DNA from: Pseudomonadota bacterium
GTDB taxonomy: Bacteria > Bdellovibrionota > FAC87 > UBA2466
NCBI GenBank assembly: GCA_043718025.1
Contig: JAYSWN010000057.1
Span: 1-13,259, forward strand
DNA length: 13,259 nt
Direction: 5' to 3'
Below are positions 1 to 6,754 of this stretch, piece by piece (the stretch's first letter is position 1; each line of letters opens with the position of its first letter). The position numbers and the translations under genes were made by a program. Under the pieces are notes generated by a model that saw only the letters and a program-made list of their open reading frames with translations, was not told where the DNA came from and ran no database searches.

Positions 1-114
1 AGAACATCGTCACTTTTGATTTCTTCTGATTTTCGGAAAAACACGCACTCTCATAGCCTGAATTTCGCTTAAAGAAAAGGCTGCGAAAAAAAATGGTAAG
101 CCTTCGTAATTACT

Positions 115-1257
115 TCACTTAATTTTACTGGGCAGGGAGGCGCCCTTGCGCGCCGGAAGCTTGGCGGCGGTAGGCGGCGGGTAGTCGGGGTTTAATGGAG
201 CTACTGGCGCGACTTTGCGGCCGGCCCACCAGTATCCCACGACGAGCCCCAAGAAAATTCCGCCGGTGAAAATCGTGCCGGTGACTTTATTGAATACCGA
301 TTTTTTTTCTTTCGACGGGCGCTTCTTTTGGTAATCGATGGCCGGAGTGAGAATGGCCTCTTGATCTAAGTAGCGAAGAAGAATTTCTTCGGGATGGGCG
401 GCACGTTCGGGCCCTAAAAACTCTTCTAACGCGTTCACCAATTTACGGACCGATTTGTACCGATCCTCGGGGCGGGGCATGAGACAGCGCCTAACGATTC
501 GCTCTAAACCCCGCGGCACGGTGGATTGCATTTCACGCACCGGTACGTAATTGGCCTCACGAATTTTTTGAAAGACTGACTGCCCCTGGCTCTCTTTAAA
601 CGGCTTGGAGCCAGTGAGTATCTCGTAAAACGTAACGCCCAAAAGAAAAATATCGGTTTGAGGTGAGACCTGATCGCCTAAAATCTGCTCGGGCGACAGA
701 TAGGCGGGTGAGCCCACCATAAGACCAGGGCGCGTGAGCCCTTCGTGGCCTAGGTTCAGCGCAATGCCAAAATCCATCAGCTTCACTTCGCCACGTGAAG
801 TGAGGCGAATATTAGAGGGCTTGATGTCACGGTGAACCAAGTCGCGGGTGTGAATAAAATTAGCGCCTTTGGCCACGCCTAGTAAAATGCAAGCGGCCAC
901 TTCGGCCGGCACGTTTCCTAACTTTGCAATCACTTCGGAAACATCTACCCCGTCGATGAATTCCATGAGCAGGTAGGGCTCAGAACCATCTACAAAATCG
1001 TAAACGTGGGCAATGTTCTCGTGCAACACCGAAGCCAGTGCTTTGGCCTCACGACGAAACCGTTCGACCGTTTCGTCCTGATTCAAAAACTCATCTTTCA
1101 ATTTCTTGATGACCACGTAGCGATCTAGCGAAGTCTGCCAGGCCTTAAAGATTTGGGCCATGCCTCCGGCGGCGATGAGTTCTACTTTGTCGAGCTGGCC
1201 ACGGCCGGCCACTTGGTTGGTGAACTGCACTTCGAGGTCGGAGTCAGATCGGTTCAT
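115..1257 (-). CDS. Hanks-type (PknB-like) Ser/Thr protein kinase with C-terminal transmembrane anchor; preferred start ATG 1257 (~380 aa) rather than the ORF-track GTG at 1377
   Basis: Kinase motifs in order: IAAGGMAQIF (Gly loop), VVIKKL (catalytic Lys), RFRREAK (alphaC Glu), HRDIKPSN, MDFGIA, GSPAYLSPEQ, DIFLLG. Hydrophobic VTGTIFTGGIFLGLVVGYWWAG follows a basic patch and precedes a 34-aa Pro/Lys-rich tail. The 1258-1377 extension contains terminator-like hairpins, so it is probably non-coding. Confidence 0.93.
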   Translation of the reverse strand: MNRSDSDLEVQFTNQVAGRGQLDKVELIAAGGMAQIFKAWQTSLDRYVVIKKLKDEFLNQDETVERFRREAKALASVLHENIAHVYDFVDGSEPYLLMEFIDGVDVSEVIAKLGNVPAEVAACILLGVAKGANFIHTRDLVHRDIKPSNIRLTSRGEVKLMDFGIALNLGHEGLTRPGLMVGSPAYLSPEQILGDQVSPQTDIFLLGVTFYEILTGSKPFKESQGQSVFQKIREANYVPVREMQSTVPRGLERIVRRCLMPRPEDRYKSVRKLVNALEEFLGPERAAHPEEILLRYLDQEAILTPAIDYQKKRPSKEKKSVFNKVTGTIFTGGIFLGLVVGYWWAGRKVAPVAPLNPDYPPPTAAKLPARKGASLPSKIK

Positions 1258-1265
1258 GTGGGACG

Positions 1266-1274
1266 ATGATATCA
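1266..1274 (-). promoter_or_regulatory. Candidate extended -10 promoter (TG-A-TATCAT) 8 nt upstream of kinase ATG 1257
   Basis: Minus strand reads ccTGaTATCATcgtcccacATG, with no Shine-Dalgarno in the spacer. An alternative TAAAAT hexamer lies at 1301-1306. Confidence 0.4.
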
Positions 1275-1316
1275 GGCGCGGCCCAATGACATGGCGCACG
1301 ATTTTATACTGCCGCC

Positions 1317-1356
1317 AAAAGGGAAAAGCGGGACTAGGCACCGGCCTGGTCCCGCT
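1317..1356 (-). terminator. Intrinsic terminator-like hairpin with U-rich tail
   Basis: Minus strand AGCGGGAC-C-AGGC-CGGT-GCCT-A-GTCCCGCT (8+4 bp stem with one mismatch, 4-nt loop) followed by TTTCCCTTTT. Confidence 0.65.
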
Positions 1357-1360
1357 ATCC

Positions 1361-1399
1361 AAAAACCTCACCGCCACCTAAATGGCAGCGGCGGGTGAG
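1361..1399 (-). terminator. Second GC-rich hairpin followed by U5, immediately upstream of the 1317-1356 hairpin
   Basis: Minus strand CTCACCCGCCGCTGCC-ATTTA-GGTGGCGGTGAG-GTTTTT; CCGCUGCC pairs with GGUGGCGG (two G-U pairs). Confidence 0.4.
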
Positions 1400-1585
1400 A
1401 GAGGAGTAGTGGTATTATCGCGAAGGTTGCCCCCCGCGCTGCGTCTCCGCAGTCTTTTTCTTCGCCCCCACAGGACAAAGAATCTCTTATAAAGTTCGCC
1501 CCCGAACCCTTGCGACAACACGTTAAGTGTTTCGCGCCCCGACCTTCTCCATTTGCAAGACGTGCCAAGGGTGACAATTTACGGC

Positions 1586-1606
1586 CTGAATTCACTAAGA
1601 ATTCAG
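1586..1606. promoter_or_regulatory. Perfect 8-5-8 inverted repeat, possible transcription-factor site
   Basis: CTGAATTC-actaa-GAATTCAG in intergenic DNA. Confidence 0.35.
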
Positions 1607-1784
1607 TAAGTGATTAATGGCAAAAATGTTTTGGGGATTGAGGCAGTTAACGAATTTACCGGTTGAACTTCTGATTACTGTCTAATTGTCAGACAGCGGG
1701 CGCGGTTGGTCATTTTACACATTTCCTTGTGGCTTTCACAGACAGCGGCGATTGAGCGGCACGAGGGAGCCCGTCAGAAAGGAT

Positions 1785-3428
1785 TTAAGGACGAGCGGGA
1801 CGAAAAGATGAGTTCGGCGCTCGTTTCACATAGACGGTCACCATAAAAGGAAGGCCGCCCGCTCCCGAGCCCAAGTTCAATAATGTTGAAGACAATCGCG
1901 CCTCATACTTGTCTTTAAGCCAATTCTTAATCAGGGGAGACTGATCTTCCCACTGTATCTCGGTTATCGTGAATGCGTTTTGCTCTAATCCGAAGGCATA
2001 AAAGACATCTGGAGGTTCACTCTGAATTCTGTGAAAGAGATCTTGATGAAGGGGCCGTCGTAGCGAAGTGCCAACGTGCGCCCATAGGGGGCCCCCCATG
2101 ACTTTTTCTTTAAGCTGAGGATGACCCAAAACATAGACGCCGGAGGAATAGACTTCCAAAGGATGTCCCAGTTCCCTTTCCCAAATCGGTATGTTCCTAT
2201 CGAGCGCCTCAAAGAACTGAACCGTATCAAGGGAAGAGATAAGACCCTTCATAGGACCACGCTGCACGGCACGGTGAGGCATGCCAAGCAAAGGCTGAAA
2301 TCTTCTACCGAGCAAAACTAGCGATCCCAGCGCCACCAACACCAATGAAACTTCGAAAATAAACCTCTTGGGGCGATTTACTTTTGATAACGAGTGAAGC
2401 GCTTTTCCAGAACCGAGGAAACAAAGCGGAATCCAGTGCAGAATAAGATAGCCACCGCCCACCCCCGAGCTATACTTGGTGACCACCCCGCCCAAGGCGA
2501 GAAACAAACCTCCCACGGCAAACGGGTTCTCATTCACGGCCGACCAGATCCAGTCGGAACGAAACGATCGCGAAGGCAGCCGACGCAAGGTGACAAGGCA
2601 TAAGCCTAAAAGCAGGAGAATCTGCGGCGAAAGAAATCGTTGTACCAACGACAGAAACTCGCGCCACTCCGCCTTTACGAACAATGGCACCCGGGCCAGA
2701 CGGCTATCATATCCCTGCTGGCCGATATTGAGCCATTCCCCCGGGGCCCCGCCGGCCAGCACAGACGGAACAAAAAACAGAATGCTGAAAGCAGCGGTTA
2801 GAACTAAAAACCACAAACTGTTTCTGGCGGCAGACTTCAATCGATCGGAATCCGTGAAAAGATAGATCATCGTAAACACGATTCCGAAAAAAGCGTAATC
2901 CGGTTTGGTTATCAGAGCGGCCGCCGAAGCCAAAGCGATCCAAAATAGATTTCTCCGGGAAGGCCCACCTTTCGATTTTCGTGACCAGTACATCACCAAA
3001 GCAATCGTCTGCAAAGCGACTGGAAACTGGTTGTACCAAAGACAACCGCTGGCACCAAAGAATGCACAATGAGTAATCACGGCAAGACAAGACGTTTTCC
3101 ACCAACTCCATTGCAGATGGTGAATGGCAAAGTAACTGACGAAAAATACGGTAATTCCGTTGAGTAGCGATGCCGAAGTGGAATAGCCCAGAAGGGATAG
3201 CGGAAATAGCCACTCACCGAATGCCTGCACAACATAAATGACGGGGCCGAGCGGCGTTCCGAAATCACGGTAGGGGACAAGTCCAGCCGCAATCATTCTT
3301 CCGCCCTGAGCCAAATAGAACTCATCCCAGGTAACTCCAAGGCGGGCAGCAAGTTGGGTCAGTACCACTGAGCCAATTGCCATCACCGCACACAGGAGCG
3401 GGGCAGGCTTCGCAACGGAGCGGAACAT
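1785..3428 (-). CDS. Polytopic GT-C-fold glycosyltransferase (ArnT/PMT-like, lipid-phosphate-sugar dependent)
   Basis: After TM1, WDEFYLAQGGRMIAAGLVPYRDFGTPLGP (acidic DE pair plus GxxPYRDFxxxxGP); many hydrophobic segments; LITKPD motif; soluble C-terminal domain. The start could be 3428 or 3383; neither has a clear SD. Confidence 0.75.
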   Translation of the reverse strand: MFRSVAKPAPLLCAVMAIGSVVLTQLAARLGVTWDEFYLAQGGRMIAAGLVPYRDFGTPLGPVIYVVQAFGEWLFPLSLLGYSTSASLLNGITVFFVSYFAIHHLQWSWWKTSCLAVITHCAFFGASGCLWYNQFPVALQTIALVMYWSRKSKGGPSRRNLFWIALASAAALITKPDYAFFGIVFTMIYLFTDSDRLKSAARNSLWFLVLTAAFSILFFVPSVLAGGAPGEWLNIGQQGYDSRLARVPLFVKAEWREFLSLVQRFLSPQILLLLGLCLVTLRRLPSRSFRSDWIWSAVNENPFAVGGLFLALGGVVTKYSSGVGGGYLILHWIPLCFLGSGKALHSLSKVNRPKRFIFEVSLVLVALGSLVLLGRRFQPLLGMPHRAVQRGPMKGLISSLDTVQFFEALDRNIPIWERELGHPLEVYSSGVYVLGHPQLKEKVMGGPLWAHVGTSLRRPLHQDLFHRIQSEPPDVFYAFGLEQNAFTITEIQWEDQSPLIKNWLKDKYEARLSSTLLNLGSGAGGLPFMVTVYVKRAPNSSFRPARP

Positions 3429-3437
3429 AAAGTTTAC

Positions 3438-3453
3438 ATCGGTATTATCCGAT
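3438..3453. promoter_or_regulatory. Dyad ATCGG-TATTAT-CCGAT in the 51-bp divergent spacer
   Basis: 5-bp inverted repeat enclosing a -10-like TATTAT hexamer between the two GT-C start codons. Confidence 0.3.
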
Positions 3454-3479
3454 ATTTAGGTGAGGGGAAAATTCCGCCT

Positions 3480-5042
3480 ATGACACATAAAAAAGGTAAG
3501 GCATTGGCGTGGATTGCATTTATTTTCTTCCTCTTCAAAGCGCCACTCACTCTTGCCCCATACCATTTTGAGGAGTTGGTAATGCTCGACGCGGCGACCC
3601 GAGCTTTTTCAGGAGAGGTTGTCTATTTAGATTTCTATTACATCTATGGTCCACTTCCGCCGTATTTTTACGCTATCTTTTTTTCTATTTTGCCCAAGAC
3701 CTTGCTCACCATTCGGCTCGTCACTCTCTTGACCGGATGCGGAGTGGCCTTATTGATTTCATTGGTGTTCGAAAAAAAATCTCTCGGTAAACGGATCATT
3801 ATCACACTGTTGGCAACTTTGCCGGTAGCGATTTACCCGGCCTACGCCCACAATCACACGCTCTCCCTTCTGGGACTCGTCGGCTCAATCACATTTTTAA
3901 GCCGCTTTATTTTCAATCGAAAATTCAACGATCTGATCTACTCTTACGGCTTTCTAATTTTAATTCTACTATCTCGACCCGCCATCGCCGGTTTCGGCGC
4001 CACCCTCGGTTGGCTTTTGGTGGTGCTAACGCTCGGCGAATTAGCGCCAAAAGAGCGGCTCAAAATCACCGCTGGTGGAATCACCGGCTTGGTGATTTTG
4101 TTCGGGGGGCTCTATGCGATTTTCGGTGATCCCTTTTTGTGGGCCCTTACTCCGCGTTTTGATACCCTCGACGTCTGGAAGCCAAATTCGCTGGTATCGC
4201 TGATCAGCGCTTTATATGAGAACTTTGAATTAAAAAACGGATTATGGAACTTCCGTCAGCAAGTCATGGTTCGGGGAGCCTTTCTTTGTTTCGTACTTGC
4301 CCCCGGGATGGTGTTCTACTTCTACCGGAAAAATAGGAAAGTGAACCCGGAGTGTGCCAACTTCGTAATGATTTCCTGCCTTATCGTCTACGGCGGCCAT
4401 TTCGTGGATACTTTTTCGATGGGGGCCGGCCCATTGTTTATCCGTGGTCAGTATTTTTGGACTCCGCTGATCGCCGCAACCCTGGTAATTATCGACGACG
4501 CATTCACAGCCTCCCGTCGAAACTATTCGCTACTCGTACCCTCAGTCATTGTGTTGGGAATGGTTTCCGCGCTCTACTCCTCGTATTTCGTTTTGAATGT
4601 AGAGCGAATTCTGCGCAACGAGCGTTATACCAGCTCGGTTTTAAAGGGGACGGTCAAGTTGAAGGGCCACGATGGCTTTCTTAAGGCAACCGAGTTCATC
4701 AACTCACGGTGCCGGCCCGGGGAGAAGGTACTGGTCGGCGCTTATCACCCGGGGGCCCAACTTTTTCTTAAGTGTGAAAATGTAGTCCAGAAAGACTGCT
4801 GTTTCACACACCGCAATCCCAATTACGTTCCTCGCCAGCGAGAAACCCCCTACTCGCCAAATGGCCGCATTTCGTACCGAGAAATTGCTTACGAAATGGC
4901 GCGGAAAGAAAAGCCAAAATTCAGGTTGGTAAGCTTGGCGCAACATCCCTATTCAAAAACCTACGCCCCGCTTTGCGAGGGGTCCCATGGTCACCAGGAT
5001 TTTCCATGGGAGTTCGGTGAACTGCGCGTGTGCTGGGACTAA
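3480..5042 (+). CDS. Second polytopic GT-C-fold glycosyltransferase (ArnT/PMT-like)
   Basis: After TM1, HFEELVMLDAATRAFSGEVVYLDFYYIYGPLPPYFYA (EE pair plus GxxxYxDFxxxxGP); many TM segments; LLSRPA motif; Cys-rich soluble C-terminus; purine-rich AGGTGAGGGG upstream. Confidence 0.75.
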   Translation: MTHKKGKALAWIAFIFFLFKAPLTLAPYHFEELVMLDAATRAFSGEVVYLDFYYIYGPLPPYFYAIFFSILPKTLLTIRLVTLLTGCGVALLISLVFEKKSLGKRIIITLLATLPVAIYPAYAHNHTLSLLGLVGSITFLSRFIFNRKFNDLIYSYGFLILILLSRPAIAGFGATLGWLLVVLTLGELAPKERLKITAGGITGLVILFGGLYAIFGDPFLWALTPRFDTLDVWKPNSLVSLISALYENFELKNGLWNFRQQVMVRGAFLCFVLAPGMVFYFYRKNRKVNPECANFVMISCLIVYGGHFVDTFSMGAGPLFIRGQYFWTPLIAATLVIIDDAFTASRRNYSLLVPSVIVLGMVSALYSSYFVLNVERILRNERYTSSVLKGTVKLKGHDGFLKATEFINSRCRPGEKVLVGAYHPGAQLFLKCENVVQKDCCFTHRNPNYVPRQRETPYSPNGRISYREIAYEMARKEKPKFRLVSLAQHPYSKTYAPLCEGSHGHQDFPWEFGELRVCWD

Positions 5043-5061
5043 CCCCCCAATCCTAGGGTCA

Positions 5062-5070
5062 TGATACAAT
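5062..5070 (+). promoter_or_regulatory. Candidate extended -10 promoter (TG-A-TACAAT) for the aminotransferase operon
   Basis: TGnTACAAT about 90 nt upstream of ATG 5163; no good -35 visible. Confidence 0.45.
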
Positions 5071-5124
5071 TCTACTAGCGGTAGGCGTTTTTTTAACCAC
5101 GTCTGACGCGCCTTTCCAAAGCTC

Positions 5125-5143
5125 TGAAGAACCCGGTTCTTCA
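5125..5143. promoter_or_regulatory. Perfect 9-1-9 palindrome (operator or leader hairpin)
   Basis: TGAAGAACC-C-GGTTCTTCA, ending 19 nt before the ATG at 5163. Confidence 0.45.
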
Positions 5144-5162
5144 ACCAAACCCCAATAACAAT

Positions 5163-6302
5163 ATGAGCCGCCAAAATAAGCCAGCGACACATGCCCAGAC
5201 GCACGCGTTCATCCCCGTGAGTGAGCCCAACTTATCCCCCAAAGAGACGGGCTACGTTCTCGATTGTATGGAAACGGGATGGGTCTCTAGTCTCGGCACC
5301 TACATCAACCGTTTTGAAAAGGCCTTCGGCGAACACGTAGGTGCAGCCGAAGCGATTTCAATTTGTAACGGAACCGCCGCGCTGCACACCGCACTGCTAG
5401 CTCTAGGTATCGGGCCCGGTGATCAAGTTATTGTTCCTACTTTTACCTACATCGCTTCGGCCAACGCGGTCCATTACACCGGCGCCACGCCAGTGTTTGT
5501 CGACATAGAGGAAGACACTTGGAACATTGATCCAAAAAAAATTGAGGCCGCGGTAACCCCGCGAACCCGCGCAATCATGCCGGTGCATATTTACGGACAT
5601 CCCTGCGACATGGACGCCATTCTCGCCATCGCCAAACGAAAAAATCTCTTGGTCGTTGAAGACGCGGCCGAGGCTTTCGGCACTAAATACCGCGGTCAAC
5701 ATGTTGGCTGTCTGGGCGACGTCGGAGTATTCAGTTTTTTTGGAAACAAAACGATCACCACTGGCGAAGGGGGCATGATCGTTTTGAAGAATACCGCCCT
5801 TGCCAAAACCATTCGTCTTATCAAGGGACAAGGAATGTCCGCCGAACGCCGCTATTTTTTTGAACGAGTGGGCTACAACTACCGAATGACCAACATCGAG
5901 GCGGCGATTGGACTGGGCCAACTCGAAAGGGCCTCCGAGCTCATTTCCGGAAAACGTCGCAACGCTTTGCTCTATCGCGAAGGGCTGTCATCCACTTCGG
6001 GAATAGGGTTACCCATAGAAAAAGACTACGCCTTCAATTCATTTTGGATGTTTAGCATCACCGTAGCGCCTGAGTTCGGACGCAGTCGCGATGAATTGGC
6101 CGAAATTCTGAAATCGAAAGGAATAGAGACCCGGCCCTTCTTTATTCCGCTTCACACCATGCCCCCCTACTTTCAAGGCACCGGAAAGTTTCCGATTGCG
6201 GAGTTCACCTCATCGATCGGTCTAAGCTTGCCAAGCTCCACGCGGCTTAAAACGGATGACATCAATCGCATCTGCGCCGCAATTCGAGCAGCAAAAAAAT
6301 GA
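5163..6302 (+). CDS. perA: DegT/DnrJ/EryC1/StrS PLP-dependent sugar aminotransferase, most similar to GDP-perosamine synthase
   Basis: NGTAALHTAL, VPTFTYIASANAV, PVHIYGHP, EDAAEAFG, SFFGNKTITTGEGG (PLP Lys), GYNYRMTNI, IETRPFFIPLH. The family is certain; perosamine specificity is by recalled motif similarity only. Confidence 0.88.
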   Translation: MSRQNKPATHAQTHAFIPVSEPNLSPKETGYVLDCMETGWVSSLGTYINRFEKAFGEHVGAAEAISICNGTAALHTALLALGIGPGDQVIVPTFTYIASANAVHYTGATPVFVDIEEDTWNIDPKKIEAAVTPRTRAIMPVHIYGHPCDMDAILAIAKRKNLLVVEDAAEAFGTKYRGQHVGCLGDVGVFSFFGNKTITTGEGGMIVLKNTALAKTIRLIKGQGMSAERRYFFERVGYNYRMTNIEAAIGLGQLERASELISGKRRNALLYREGLSSTSGIGLPIEKDYAFNSFWMFSITVAPEFGRSRDELAEILKSKGIETRPFFIPLHTMPPYFQGTGKFPIAEFTSSIGLSLPSSTRLKTDDINRICAAIRAAKK

Positions 6303-6748
6303 ATGCCGTTGTCATACTGGGGAAGGAACACGAGCTGGCGTTCAAAGAATTTCTGGCCCGCCTTCAGCAAGCGGGTATCGACAAATTATTCCACCCCCAC
6401 GCATTTACGAGCGAGATCGCTCACAAGTTATGCCATCGAACTGGGGAGGACGAGTACTTCATTCTCATCGAGCACGAACGCATCGTGGCCTACGGAATGC
6501 TGCGAGGTTGGGACGATGGCTACAAAATTCCTTCCCTTGGTCTTTGTATCGACCCCGCCGAACAGAGGAAAGGCTACGGCACATTCATGATGCATCACCT
6601 AATTGCGGCTGCGAAAAGTAAAAATTCACCGCAAATTATGCTCACGGTAAAAATGCAGAACCAAGTGGCCATTGCCCTGTACCGAAAGTTTGGTTTTGAG
6701 TTTACGCCACTCGATAATTCCACGCTCAAGGGCCTGCTGGCCTTTTAG
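6299..6748 (+). CDS. GNAT-family N-acyltransferase, probably acylating the amino sugar
   Basis: Acyl-CoA motif A (QRKGYGTFMM) and C-terminal V..QNQVAIALYRKFGF; ATGA start/stop overlap with the aminotransferase at 6299-6302. Confidence 0.88.
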   Translation: MNAVVILGKEHELAFKEFLARLQQAGIDKLFHPHAFTSEIAHKLCHRTGEDEYFILIEHERIVAYGMLRGWDDGYKIPSLGLCIDPAEQRKGYGTFMMHHLIAAAKSKNSPQIMLTVKMQNQVAIALYRKFGFEFTPLDNSTLKGLLAF

Positions 6749-6754
6749 GAAAAC

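Noticed and set aside
71..104. Possible terminator after the kinase (AAGGCT...AGCCTT)
   Set aside because: Only a 6-bp stem with a 16-nt loop; too weak to call.
1258..1377. 40-aa N-terminal extension of the kinase in the ORF track
   Set aside because: No kinase-like sequence, and it overlaps two terminator-like hairpins; ATG 1257 fits the domain start better.
1409..1492. 27-codon plus-strand ORF (GTG) after GAGGAG
   Set aside because: SD-to-start spacing is only 2 nt and the peptide is unremarkable.
1427..1540. CRISPR or TIGR array, or tmRNA 5' end (GGGGGCGAA)
   Set aside because: Repeats are only ~9 nt and degenerate, there is no cas or Nop-domain gene in the window, and no TTCGA or CCA tRNA-like elements follow.
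1553..1568. Sigma-54-like TGGCACG..TTGC on the minus strand
   Set aside because: GG-to-GC spacing is 8 nt, not the strictly required 10.
1368..1595. 75-aa minus-strand ORF in the intergenic gap
   Set aside because: No recognisable motif or SD; it runs through the repeat and hairpin region. Cannot be fully excluded.
1617..1722. Two tiny ORFs (22 aa on +, 15 aa on -)
   Set aside because: Lengths expected by chance and no convincing coding or family signal.
1985..3292. Multiple alternative-frame and antisense ORFs (66-168 aa) within the first GT-C gene
   Set aside because: Shadow ORFs inside a well-supported CDS; no motifs.
5403..5921. 172-aa antisense ORF inside the aminotransferase
   Set aside because: Antisense shadow of a highly conserved gene.
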